This document shows, piece by piece, positions 15,776-29,348 of a DNA stretch of 64,000 bases. Made by a program: the position numbers and the translations under genes. The notes beneath the pieces were generated by a model. The model ran no database searches, was not told the origin of the DNA, and saw nothing but the letters and a program-made list of their open reading frames with translations. Within the stretch, counting starts at the first letter, position 1; each line of letters opens with the position of its first letter. This DNA comes from the human T2T-CHM13v2.0 reference genome, Homo sapiens: the NCBI RefSeq assembly GCF_009914755.1, contig NC_060925.1; one strand, written 5' to 3'.

Positions 15776-18386
15776 TAATGGTTTTCAAGTTGTTTAACAT
15801 CTTTAATAAAGACATTGATTCATTCATACATCAAATATTCATTAGCAACCACCAGGTGCTAAGGACTAAGGTCTAGAGGAACCAAAAATGAATAAGATGC
15901 AATTCTTCAAAAAATTTAATGTCTAGTAGGGACATGAGCCACATACAATGACAACTGTAATGCAGTGTGATAAATGCTGTAGTAGGAGGCATGGAGGGTG
16001 ATGCAAGAATAGAAGAGGGTGTTGAGGGTGGCTTTCTGCAGCCAGTAATTCTTAAGCTGAGACATAGAAGACCACATAGGCTGTAGCCAGGCAGAGAAGG
16101 GGAATGAAGATATTTTGGGCTAAGAAAATGCAGGTAACAAAGGTCTAGAGGTCTAAAATGCAAGAGTTTGTAAATTTTGCTAGACATTGGTAATAACTGG
16201 TAAATTACCATTCTGTCACTCTTCTGACAATGCCACCCACAATACTGCTTTGTGGATTCCTCAAGTAATTTACTTGTGAAGTTCTTTCCATGCAACCCAC
16301 AAGTTTTTCCACTTGTTTTTCAGAAGCACAAGTGGGGGCTCTTGTATTGTTCTTAGAGTGTTGGTACACACAAAGGGAAAATAAATGCTCATCTCTGGGA
16401 ATCTAAGCTTCTGCTTTCTTGAAGTAATCTGCTCATAAGCAAGTAAAGTGCCTACTAAAATGTAAGGCAGCTACAGAAATTTCCAAAACAACGTATAAGT
16501 AATTTCAGTCTACCCTGAAATACCTGCTAAATTTGAAACAGTAGGAAAAGCATATAAATCAGAAAAGTTATAATTTTATTCTCTGTGGAATATGACAAAA
16601 CCCAAAAAGATAAATGAGAAAAATAGTTAGAATGTCCACTTGAAGAAGGAATACTTTAAGATTTGATATAAATAATTATATCCCTTCTGAGACATTTCTG
16701 GTCTTCCAAAATACTCCAAAAGAACACTATGACACATGCCCCACTTTTCTATTTGATCAGAGAAAATCTAAACTACGTATAATGCAGATTATCACTTCCT
16801 TTAAAGTAAAGGATACATCATATATTAAAGGACTACTGTTGCACTTTGCAAATTGATGTAATGGCCATTTTGTAGCCATTTTGCATCTTTAATGTAACAA
16901 AGACTATTGTATTCGATAGAATACCTAAGTTTTAATGCAAACAAATTGCACTTTCTAAATAATGAAATAGTGTATCCATTTTTTGGTCTTATTTAAACTT
17001 TATGGGCTGCTACAAATAAAAAAATCTAAGTTCAAAATATACATCTTGCATATCTTTAGTAAATACTGTTGCATATCTTTAGTAAATAATGTTACCAGTT
17101 ATGCTTTACCCTGAAGGGCTTAAAATGAGTAGATCTAAACAATAAATTTCAAGATGATCTAAAGTGATTTTTTGGGATGAATATTGCTACACTGAGTTAA
17201 TTACAACAAGAAAGTAATTGTTCATGTTAATCTGATTTTCCACTGGGAAACAGTTCAAATTACTTGAGACAGAGGTCACCAACAAGATGGGCAATTGTGG
17301 CCTCTGATACAATTTAAAACATGATAACATTTTGGTGTATTAAGGTGTCACACCCTGCAAATCTCTGGCTGCCTTCTCTGTTTATATATTCCCCTTGAGA
17401 AAATTCATTCTCTTCCATGTGTCCAGCTACCACCAACATTTTGATGACTGCCAAAAATATATCCCATTATAATTTGATTCTGACGATCAGGCCTATAATT
17501 CCACTTGTCCCCAGATATCTATTCTTCTATGTCCCACAGACACCCAAACTCAGCAAGTTTAAAGCATGAGAAGCAGGAATTCCCTTTGCTCAGCCCTTCC
17601 ATACAAATCTGCTCCTCTCCATATTTACCCTGGTTAAAGGTCTCATCACTGCTGAGTAGTTCAGGCTAGAGATCTTAGTAGCATGCTTGTTTTCTTCCCA
17701 CCTTCAAATGCTATACTCTATAGTTTCTAAATAGCCCCGATGTACCATCTTCACTGCTAGGTTATCTGATTTGCTTAAGACCCTCCTCTGTGGCTGGCTC
17801 TCATCTTTGTAAAAAAAAAAAAAAAAAAATCTAGTCATGGAACCATTTCTCCTGTTTTGTTACACCTTTTGCAATAGTTCTCAAAGTAAGCTCACTGGCA
17901 CTCTGGTGATCAAATTAATGTGCAGAATTTTAAAAAATCAATGTTAAGTTTTCTACCACACAATTTTCTTAAGCCTTTAGCAAATACTACCACTTATCTG
18001 ATAGTGGATGCTCCAATAGTGAAACAGATGAGCATTTAGTAAATGCATATTAATGGCAAAATCAGAAAAACTCAAATGTGTTTATTTCAATAGCTTTTTG
18101 TTGTGGACAAGTATGAACAGAAGTGTGATTTTTATATTGGCTTCTAATTGTTGGATTTCTTTTAGGAAAATTGCTATTACTTTCAGGATGGAATTCACAA
18201 TATCACCATTTCATGATGTAGAACACTGTGATCTCATGGTGATCTACCACTAAAGTAAGTTTCAGAACCACTGACCTCCTCAACAAAGTTTATACTCTAT
18301 CTCATATTCAAAGTCCTTTAGAATCACCCTAGTTTTCCACCCTGATCTATGCCAGTTACTAAAACACACCCTCATAAATCAAACTG

Positions 18387-18997
<611 letters not shown>

Positions 18998-19280
18998 TTA
19001 CCTTTCTTCTTCTTTGTTTTTAAAATTTCAATAATCATTTACCTTTCTTAAGTGTATCTTGATCTTTCATACCTCCTTATCTAAGTACATGCTAGTTTAT
19101 GTTTTAGGAGTTTAGTTTCTATTTCTCTGTTTAGCTAATTCTCTATCTTTTGGCCACTCCTTTTTTATTCCCCTCAAACAGTCGCTTTCTCTTCCCATCT
19201 CTATAGCAACTTGTAATATACTATAGGAATAATTATGGCACATGCAACAATGCAACAATTTAATATATAAGTGCATTACA

Positions 19281-19626
19281 TTTCTTATTTTTATTTTTCT
19301 TAAAAAAAATTAGCCGGGTATGGTGGTCTGTGCCTGCAGTCCCAGCTACTTGGGAGGCTGAGGTGGGAGGATTGCTTGAGCCCAGGAGATGGAGGCTGCA
19401 GTGAGCCAGTGGTGCCTGGGCTCAAGGGATCCTCCCACCTCAGCCTCCCAAGTAGCTGCGACTACAGGCACAGACCACCATACCTGGTTGATTTTTTGAA
19501 TTTCTGTGTAGAGACGGGGTTTCTCCATGTTGCCCAGGCCAGTTTTGAACTCCTGGACTCTAGCAATCCACCCACTTTAGCCTCTCAAAGTGCTGGGATT
19601 ACAGGCATGAGCCACTGTACCTGGCC
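19281..19626 (-). mobile_element. AluJ whose 3' part is replaced by an inverted self-copy (fold-back hairpin)
   Basis: 19304-19386 is the reverse complement of 19415-19497. Confidence 0.85.
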
Positions 19627-20558
19627 TAAATTTTAAAATTTATCTATCTCTGCCACATTTTTTAGTCATCCTTCTCTTAATCTTTTCATCTTTCATCTTC
19701 ATTTATTCAACAATTTCTTTCTAATTCTCTACCATGTACAAGATTCTATGGAAAATGGGGATGCAGAAGAGACTAAAACAAACAAAATCCCTCCATTACT
19801 GTGGTTTAGAAGTAAAATATATAGATTCTGATATTTACTATAGAGGAAAAAACAAAACAAAACAGAAAAAGGACAAAGCAAATGCTGGAGGGAGAGGTGT
19901 TAACTATTTTCAATGTGATGGTCATGAAAACTGACATTGGACAAAGGCCTGAAGGAGGTGAAGGATATCTGAAGTCAGGTGGATACCTGGAGGAAAAGTG
20001 TTTCCAGGCAAAGGAAAGGGAGGTGCGAAGACCCAAAAGTTGCAGCCCAGTTTGTAATCCTATAGTTGACATGGTTTGGACTACCCCAGCAGACAGTACG
20101 GCATTCATGAGATAGCCCAGTAGTAATGGCTGAATCTCAAGCAAGGGCCAAGCAGCATACCTGACTACCCCTGTAATTTCTTTCTGTTGACTTGGCATTT
20201 TGGTAAGTTGTTCAGCATAGACCGTCTAGAACCTTTTCAGGCACAAGAAAGCTCCCTGTGTCTTATGTACCAAGTAATTGCTGGATTTCTGCTAAGAAGC
20301 CAGGGATATATGGGCAAAAGAACTACTTTTCTGGTATCATAGCTTTATAGTATGATCCAAAATCTCTTACTCTTTGTCCTTTGAACTATTCATCAATTCA
20401 CTAAAGTATTGCTCATTTAAATACTATTTTAAAGTGTTCATACAGACAGATACCCATTACAAAGACTGTTTTAGAGTTGGTCTGGGATGCTTTCCAATCA
20501 GTTCTTCCATATGTGCCCAAACACATTTAGATATGTGACTCTGTGTTATAGTTGGTAC

Positions 20559-20679
20559 CTATTTTTAAGTGCTTATTTCCAGAATATACAAGCCATTCAT
20601 AAACCTCATCGCTGATGCAGAGTGTGTCATATTTGATGCAAAGGTCAGCAATTACTTGCAGTTCCTCTCTGTTATACAC
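20559..20679 (-). CDS. KYAT3: KYAT3 coding exon 8 (VYNREELQ...ISDEVYEWLVYSGNKHLKI)
   Basis: gtgtag acceptor, gtacca donor; 121 nt, phase 0/1; SDEVY (DxxY) PLP motif. Confidence 0.95.
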
Positions 20680-20772
20680 CTACACATAATAAAGGAAAGA
20701 GCACAGCCAATTATTCAACATGTGAGAAAATGATAGGTCAGAAGACTGTATAAGGAGATGAGACTTGCTTAC

Positions 20773-20898
20773 CTTGCCAAGTGGGTTATGTGGAGTATTT
20801 AGTATAATAGCTTTGGTTTTGGAATTAAATTTACTTTCCAGTTCTTGAGGATCTAATGTCCAGTCAGAACTAGACCATCTTTTTCCATAAACAGGTTT
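20773..20898 (-). CDS. KYAT3: KYAT3 coding exon 7 (KPVYGKRW...ILNTPHNPLGK)
   Basis: cttag acceptor, gtaagc donor; 126 nt; NTPHNPxG motif. Confidence 0.96.
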
Positions 20899-21450
20899 CT
20901 AAGCATGAAGAATGAAGATATAATTTAATTCAATTAAGTCATGTTTACTGTCTTACAAACGAATAACCTAATAAGGAAAAAAACATCAAAGAAAGTCATG
21001 GCAAAGGAAACTGAATAAATTACCAACAAATGCTTTCCTGCAGTAGGAACAGAAAAAAAACTAGAAAAAGACTAACAAAGAAGATAAACAGAAATAACTG
21101 GGCTGTAGTTCTGCTTAAGAGCCTAAGAAAACCTAAGTCTTATGCTCACACCTGTTAAATGGAAAAATAAGCCCTGTCAACATTAACTGCTGCTAATATT
21201 ACTTCACAGGAACTAGCTATAACTATGGTTAACATGTCTGATATTGTAAGGCTAGCTGAAGATTTTGTGACTCACCTTAGTGTATTACTTATGTTAAAAA
21301 TATTTTAAAAAGACAACTAGACAAATAGAGATATACAGGAAATCTCCAAATGCAATCAAAGTAGAAACTTTATCATGACAAAGTAATTGGTATTTTCAAG
21401 ACTTCTTAAGTCTTGAAACTTTGCCATATGAACCATACTGGCAAACTTAC

Positions 21451-21537
21451 AGATCTCAGGGGAATAAAAACAGGTGTTGCTCCAGCCATTCTCACCATGG
21501 GCTCATAGCAGTCATAGAAAGGCACTATTAGTATGAC
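21451..21537 (-). CDS. KYAT3: KYAT3 coding exon 6 ([29 protein letters not shown])
   Basis: ttgcag acceptor, gtaagt donor; 87 nt; PFYDCY motif. Confidence 0.95.
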
Positions 21538-22051
21538 CTGCAATAAAAGCAAATAAGATCACAACCTGTCAATCATTTATTCATGTTAATAATACTGTGT
21601 ACCTACTATGGGCTAGGCACTGTACTATGTGTTGGGATACAGCAGTGAAAAAGGCAGGCTTTGCCCTTGTGGAGCTAACATCTGAGGGGAAGAGACCTCG
21701 GAGACAAACTTGTCCAGGTAGTCTTAATTGGACTCCTTGGTATCTTAGGGAGATCTATAAATAAGCATGCAGTGGGAGTATTTGAAATTACATATAAAAT
21801 TTCATATATGCATAGATAGATTTACCTGGAGAATGGGACTATCACATTCTCAAAGGGATATTCCAGGCAAAACGATTAAGCATTTCTTCATATTTCAAAT
21901 CAGAAAATAAAATCTAGAATATAAGTGATGTATAAGCAGTGACAGACAGCAGGCTATGTGGGAAGAGAACACTGTAATGTTCCCTGGTATAAAGTGCTAA
22001 TTTAAAAGCATTATCTTGAGAGTAAAGATGTTTCTCTCTTCTCAAAAGCAC

Positions 22052-22187
22052 GGTTAATTTTTGTATTTTTAGTAGAGATGGGGTTTCGCCGTGTTGCCCA
22101 GGCTGGTCTCAAACTCCTAACCTCAGGTGATCTGCCTCAGCCTCCCAAAGTGCTGGGATTACAGGCCTGAGCCACCACACTCAGCCT
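22052..22187 (-). mobile_element. Alu left-arm fragment
   Basis: Alu motifs. Confidence 0.8.
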
Positions 22188-23311
22188 CATCTGTGAAGTT
22201 CTCAGGGACTAAGACAATCTATCTTTGTAACTCTAGTGGGAAATATAAAGCTTAATACAAGGTGAGAGCACAATAAAGGAAAATAAATTGGAGAGGCAGG
22301 GCAGTAGAGTGGGAGAAATATACCTGTTACTCTTCGCCTTGATTTTTTCACTTTTATGATGTGAACAATTCCTCTCTCTCTTTTTTTTTTTTTGAGAATA
22401 TTTATTGCGTCCTCACTATTTTAGGTGCTGGCAGTAAAGCTATAAAGTTCTCCTAGAACTTATATCCTACTGAGAGAGGCTTATAATGAACGGAGAGACA
22501 AATAAGGACATTAGATAATTTCAGATAGTAATAAATGCTATAAAGAAACAATAAATAGGTCAGTATGATAGCAAGTGACATGTATGTGGTTTCAAAATAC
22601 TAGATAAGTTGATGAAGGAAGAAAGAATAGAGGAAAGAAAGCTAAGGGCTAAGCCTTATAATACTCCCAACAGAGTGCAGAGAAAGAAGCAACAAAGGAT
22701 TAACAACATCGAAGTATGAGACAAAACTATGTATAGGATTAAAGGAGTTTATGTATATGAAACTGTGAACTTCATTAACATGTTTCCTTAAACATCTTGT
22801 CTGGCATAGTGAAGGGAATCAAAGTTGTAAAAGAATAACATAACACAAAGCAGATAGTGGCATCTTTCATAAAAGTGGTATGATAAAGGGTTATGAGAGT
22901 TTAAAGAAAGTTAACAATATAGATCAGGATAAATATTCGTTCTGCAGTCCCAGCTTAAGCAATGTCTCTCTGGAGCTTTCCAGACTTAGCAGAGGTGATT
23001 GCCTCTTCCTTTTGTCACTACCATAGTGTTCCTCGTAATCCATTTGCAAGTCTGTGTTCTCTACTAGACAGGGAACACCTTCTGCATAGAATCTATCTTT
23101 AAAACATCTTCTATCTCACAGTGCTTAGCATATATTGGATCCTCAGTATTTTCTGAATAAATGAAAGAGGCAAAAAGTATTAAAGTAAGGCTATTGGAAT
23201 GCTAATGGGAAATACGGGTAGAGATGACTGAGGTAGTTGCAAAAGTTGGTCATACCTCACAGTACTAAATCGCAGAAATCATTTTACCTTCCTATTATAT
23301 TAATACATTCT

Positions 23312-23605
23312 CAGCTGGGCGTGGTGGCTCACGCCTGTAATCCCAGCACTTTGGGAGGCTGAGGCAGGCGGATCACCTGAGGTCAGGAGTTCGAGACCAG
23401 ACTGGCCAACATGGCAAAATCCCATCTCTACTAAAAATACAAAAATTAGCTGGGCTTCGTGGCGGGCGCCTGTAATCTCAGCTACTCAGTAGGCTGAGGC
23501 ACGAGAATCACTTGAACCCGTGAGGTGGAGGTTGCAGTGACCAAGATCGTGCCACTGCACTCCAGCCTGGGCAACAAAGTGGGACTCCATCTCAAAAAAA
23601 CAAAA
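23312..23605 (+). mobile_element. AluSx-like
   Basis: Full dimer. Confidence 0.9.
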
Positions 23606-24220
23606 ACAATCACAAAAACATCCTCACATGGGATGGCTTATACAATTACTGGGCACACAAAGACATTGATCAAAAACTTGTAGACCAAGTTAAGAGTAAA
23701 GGTTATTTTAGCAATGAAAACAAAAGATTCTTTTTCCCTGGCAGTGTTAGTCCCTTCCATCTGCCCTTATTTAAATAGGCTATAAAAATAAGAATAAATT
23801 ATATGCAACAAAATGGATGAATCTCACAGACACAAAAATAAATGAATGGATCTAGACCCAAGAGTATACACTGTATAATTATATTCATATTAAGTAAAAG
23901 AGCAGTGAAAACAAGCCTATGGTAATAGAAGACAGAAGAGTACTTACCTCTGGGAGAATATAGACTCTGAAGAGGAACAAAGAAGTTTTCTGGGTACTGG
24001 AAATGTATCATATCTTTGTCTGGTTGTAGTTGCACAGAAATTTACACAGTAATTTATCCAGCTGTACATTTAAGATTTGTGAACTTTACTGTACATGCAT
24101 TATACTTAAAACATAATTAAAAATAAAAAGAGAAAAGAGTAGAATATAAGCGAAAGATTCAAAGGTGGGACAAATGATAATTGATTAATATGGGTATTAC
24201 GATAATGTTAATATACTTAC

Positions 24221-24370
24221 TTCATCTCCCTCATCAATTAATGCTTGAATGGTGTTAAAAAGAGATCCATATGCTCCTACTGTCACAAGGATTTCTTTAT
24301 TTGAATCAATTTGCTTTTGATAAAGCTTTTCATACAGATAGGACAGAGCTTTCACAAGTGATGGATGGCC
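24221..24370 (-). CDS. KYAT3: KYAT3 coding exon 5 (GHPSLVKAL...VTVGAYGSL...DEGDE)
   Basis: caacag acceptor, gtaagt donor; 150 nt; ORF 24197-24394. Confidence 0.95.
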
Positions 24371-25689
24371 CTGTTGGATTAAAAATAAGAACAAAACCTT
24401 GAATTTAAATATGGGACCTACTGTTTGAGGTAATATGGCTCTAAAATGTAAGAATTTTTAAAATTTGGATTTGATGTTTATAATTACCCCAAGAAAATTT
24501 ATATTTTTTAATGGCAATAAATTTTTTAAAATTTCCTACATTTAGAGTATTCCCACACTATTTGTCATGAAGGCTTGCTAATGATTAAAACTTCTTACTA
24601 AATAAAGGGTTTGGGATTATATAATTTCAAAGTATTTGCTTTGAATAAAAATCAACCATTTGTATTTTTTGACAGTAATTAAATCATATTGAAAAGAGTT
24701 GGATTTGTTTCCCAGTTAAAATAAGTGAAAAAAACCCACTTTAACTGTATACCCACTCCTTGGCTCTTCCTGATTGCTGGAGAGATGGTTATGCCAACCA
24801 ATGGACTAGGGAAAGAGAACAAAAACAAATTCACCAACGACACGAACACTAGTGTTGATGTGATAGCAAATGTTAGAAGGAAGTGAGACACTACTCACAC
24901 TGACAGTCAAGAGAGCAGTGGTTATCCAAGGTAACTACTTTCATAGGAGAAGTGAAGGGATTATGAAGGTACAGCCTGAGGCAAGCAGGGGGTCTGAAGA
25001 CTCCTGGATTAGCTCTCCCTAAGTTCTCTTCTAGGCTCTCTCCCCTTCCTTCCTTTTTTTTCTTCCTTTTCCTTTCCCCCTCCTTGTTTTATTTGGTATT
25101 TAGGTCAATATTTCCTGTTGTTTTCTGTCCAGCATCTACCTCCTCATTTTGCTTTTGAAGTACCATCCTGATTTTCTATCCCTTGAGAGTAAGAGTGCAA
25201 GTGCAGGTCATGTACCTTTGTTTGAAAGCACTTTGGGCTCTGGAGCAATAAACTGAGTTCCTTTGAATTTTACTTTAATAGCAGGTCTAACAAATTCTAG
25301 CAAGAGGAGATCTGAAAAGCAACTATAAACACTATATACATTTCTTAGAATGATAAGTGTTTGTGCTTTTAAAATTAAAAATTTAAATACAAAAATAATT
25401 TATGCTTCATGCAATAAGTAAAACTAGGCAAAGATGTATAAAAATTACAATCGCTCCTCAATATTATTTCATTCCCATCCCCCTGAGGTGATGAATGTCC
25501 ACAGCCTGGTGATAGTGCAACACCACTCTCAGTGCTTATACCAATATAAAAACACATAGACATGTATATACCTATGTATTTACAAAAACTAGAATATACA
25601 TATTAATAAATAAGTGGGTATGGTTGTGTTCTAATGAAACTTTATTTACAAAATTTGACATATTGGGTCCATAGGCCATAGATTGCAAA

Positions 25690-27270
25690 ACCCTGCTATA
25701 GACCAATTTGGGAAAACTGACATAGACAATATTTAGTCTCTCAATCCATGAACATCATTCCCAATTTATTTAGGTATTGCTTAATTTCTCTCAGTAATGT
25801 TTTATAGATTTCATCGTACAGATCTTGGATATATTTTAAAAAATTTATTCTTAAATGTTTTGTGTTTTGGGATACTACTATAAATAGTATTTAAAAAATT
25901 TTACTTTCTAATTGTTCATTTTAATATATAGAAATACAACTGATTTTTGTATATTGGCTTTGTGTCCTGTGACCTTGCTCAATTCATTTATTAGTTGTAG
26001 TAGGCTTTTTTTTCTTTTAGAATTCCTTAGGATATTCTATGTACACAATCATGTTTTCTGAAAATGAGTTTACATTTTTCTTCTTTCTAATCTATGTATC
26101 TTTATATCTCACAGGACTCCAGTACACTGATGAATAACAATGGTCAGAGTGGACATCTTTGCTGTCTTTTCAATCTTACTATATTATGTGCACTACAGGT
26201 GTAATCTGTAGGTTTCTCATAGATTCCTTTTATCAGAGTGAGAAAGCTCCATTCTATTTCTAATTGGCTGAAAACTTTTATTATAAATGAGGGTTGAATT
26301 TTGTCAGATGCATTTTCTATATATACTACATAAGATGATCTTTTTTTTCTGATAATATAGCATAATTGCAATGATTAATTTTTGGATATTAAAACTAATC
26401 CTGCATTCCTATGGTAAACCTTACTTGGTCAGGATGTATTACTTTTTATATCTTTATACACACAGGCACACACACATGCACACACACATATCTGGATTTG
26501 ATTTGCTAAAATTTCATAATCTTTGTTTCTATGTTCATGAGAGATATTGAACTGGAGTTTTCTTTATTTCTTTCGCTGGCATTTTTTAAATCAGTTTTTG
26601 TATCAGGGTAATGCTGAAACTAATTTTATGAGACCAGCATTACCCTGATACAAAACCCCTGATTAAAAGTTCAGACAAAACCATTAGGCATTTCTTTATT
26701 TTTCAAATTACAAAAATTGTTGATCAATAAGTAAAAGTTTTTCATCCTGCTCCACTTTCTGAATAAATGTGTGCAGAACTGGTATTATTAGGTTTGTGCA
26801 AAAGTAATTGCGGTTTTTGTCATTAAAATTAATGGCAAAACCGCAATTACTTTTGCACTGACCTAATAGTTCTTCCTTAAATACTTGATAGAATTCACTA
26901 ATAAGCCATCTAGGTATTGAGGTTTGTTTGCAGGAAGACTTTAATTACAAATTCATTTTCTTTCATTGACATAGGGCTAGTTGCATTTTTCATCTCTCCT
27001 TGTGTCAGTTTTGGTAATTTGTATCTTTTAAATAATCTGTTCATTTCATCCAAGTTGTCAATGTACTGACATAAAATTATCCATAATATTATCCTATTAT
27101 TGCTTTCATGTTTGTATGATCAGTAATGATATTCCTTCTTTCATTCTTCATATGGTACTTTGAGTTTTTTCTTTTTTATTGGTCAATCTAGCTAAAACTT
27201 TTACTTATTGATCTTTTCAAAGAACCAGCTTTTGGTTTCATTAATTTTCTCTATTGTTGGTTTGTTTCTA
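25690..27270. mobile_element. Old L1M ORF2 fragments (mostly minus strand)
   Basis: ORF 26144-26371 (DKIQ..FIIK...IKGIYEKPT...RQRCPL) resembles L1 RT. Confidence 0.75.
26788..26866. mobile_element. MADE1 (Hsmar1-derived MITE), palindromic, TA target duplication
   Basis: ta-TTAGGTTTGTGCAAAAGTAATTGCGGTTTT...AAAACCGCAATTACTTTTGCACTGACCTAA-ta. Confidence 0.92.
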
Positions 27271-28061
27271 GCCTTTCATTATGGATTTGTATAGGCTGGG
27301 GAGTGAGTTATGTTGAGTAGGTCTGAGATGGGGGTCTGTAGGGTGGGCCAGGGAGTGAGATCTATGAAGAGCAGGGATTCTCACCAGTGTCAAACCCTGT
27401 GACACAGGTAAGTTTCACTGCTTTTCCCTGTGCTATTCCCAAAGCAAAACCCTTCTATGGATTTTTATAGTTAGACCACTATAGAAGACAAAAAACAGGC
27501 TTCCTCCTATACCATTCCCCTCCCCATTTCCCACAATATCATAAAAGGAAAAGACAAGTGGTCAGACATATGATAATTGTATGGCTTTTGGCACAACAGA
27601 TACAAGTCTACAGTTCAAAGGTACGTCTGATCTAGAAAATCTTTGGCTATCCTAGGCATTTCATTACAGAAGGATGGGAGTGAGCTGGCACAAGGAGGAA
27701 AAACGTAGCTAGTTGGATATATTAAATAAAGGGTCAGTGCTCAGGCTGCATAAATGTTGATGAGATAGAAAAGACATGTCTCAAGAGAATGTTGTTCCTT
27801 ATCGTGTTGCCATAGGATCCTATCTTGGAGCAACAGTAAAGTAAGGGCCAAAAGAAAGAAAAGTGTAGAGGGGCTGGAAGTAGGCGAAGGCTCATCTCAG
27901 GACATAGGGCAAGGGCAGAAGTTTCTGTGGTTGCTAGGATGGGACAGCTGGTCCCAGAAAGTCACTTATATATGAATGACAGAAGGGCACATGCACACAC
28001 ACAGACACACACCCCAGTATAAAATAAAAGCTCATGGCCCATATGGTCTTGATATACTTAC

Positions 28062-28206
28062 AAAGCCTCGTGTATACTGATTCAGGCTATCGATTGCTGC
28101 AATCTTTGATAATTCTTCTTTTACATATGTAGGAGGGGATATATCTGGAAAGCCTTGGCCAAGATTCACAACAGAAGGGTCTGCAGCCAATTTGGTAAAT
28201 TCAATC
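28062..28206 (-). CDS. KYAT3: KYAT3 coding exon 4 ((W)[21 protein letters not shown]...NQYTRGF)
   Basis: cttag acceptor, gtaagt donor; 145 nt, phase 2/0; NLGQGFPD motif. Confidence 0.96.
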
Positions 28207-28800
28207 CTAAGATTGAAAAAAATACTAATATTAATAAGTTCTACAATTATAAAGTTCGCTTTTTTATATCTTATAGTCTTACCACAAAACAGACAAATAA
28301 GACCCTAGTTTAGTCCTATAGGTTTTAAAAAATGAGTTTCCAACAAAAATTTACCAACCACAAATCAGTTTACCAAATAGAATGATGGCTGAATTTATGA
28401 ACCCAATGTCCCTTACAAACCTCAGTTTCACGCTACCCATATTTTAACCACATATATATATTTTCTCAACAATTCCAGCTGCTGCTAAGTTCTTTCATCA
28501 ACTATTAGAGAACAGAACTAATAAGAAAAGTTCCTGGATTGGAGGTTAAGTTCCATGAGGGCATTAACATTTGTCCTTTTCTCTGCCATATGTCCAGTGT
28601 CCAGCAAAGGGCATGGCACATGTGCCAAATGAACAATTCAGTATATGGATTGCTAACTTCCTTCCATTTTCATTTAATGGATGAATTAAATGAGGACCTT
28701 TATTTATAGACCATGGATGAGGCAAAAAAAACTCCCATCTAAAGATACGAAAATATGTAGGAAACCCTCACTAAATTATTATTTATTTTAAGATACTCAC

Positions 28801-28859
28801 CACACATTACTATCAAGTCCTTCAATCCGTTTTGCATTTGTGAATTTCAGTGACATTTT
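28801..28859 (-). CDS. KYAT3: KYAT3 coding exon 3 (KMSLKFTNAKRIEGLDSNV(W)); second Met (ATG 28854-28856) would start a shorter isoform
   Basis: tttcag acceptor, gtgagt donor; 59 nt, phase 0/2. Confidence 0.94.
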
Positions 28860-29047
28860 CTGAAATATATAAATATTGAAAAGGAATTGCCTTAGTCAAA
28901 ATTTTAAAAGCCAGTAAATCATGGGTCACTCTTCTTCCTTTTCCCTACTGTTACCATGTAAATAGTAGTTCCATAAAGATAAATCTTAGACTCCAACACA
29001 AAATTCTGAAGAGGAATTCATCTCCCACCTACTACTGAAGGAATGCC

Positions 29048-29348
29048 TTTTTTTTTTTTCTCAGACGTGGTTGCCCAGGCTGGAATGCAGTGGTGTGATC
29101 ATGGCTCACTGCAGCTTCAACTATCCAGGCTCAAGTGATCCTCCTGCCTCAGTCTCCTGAGCAGGTGGGACTATAGGCATATCCTACTGTGCCAAACTAT
29201 TTTTTTTGTTGTTGTTTGTTTGTATATTTTAAAGAGACAGGGTCTTGTGGTGTTGCCCAGGTTGGTCTCAAACTCCTGGCCTCAAGGGATCCTCCTACCT
29301 TGGCCTCTCAAAGTTTGGGATTACAGGTGTGAGCTACCATGCTTGGCT
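29048..29348 (-). mobile_element. AluJ with TSD GAAGGAATGC
   Basis: Dimer; flanking repeats at 29037 and 29350. Confidence 0.88.

Noticed and set aside
17047-17095. 23-bp tandem duplication (also small ones near 13867 and 40114-40154)
   Set aside because: Ordinary slippage duplications with no evident function
20680-20772. 93-nt intron 7 as an in-frame retained intron
   Set aside because: Open for 30 codons, but the acceptor TAG is itself an in-frame stop, so retention only truncates
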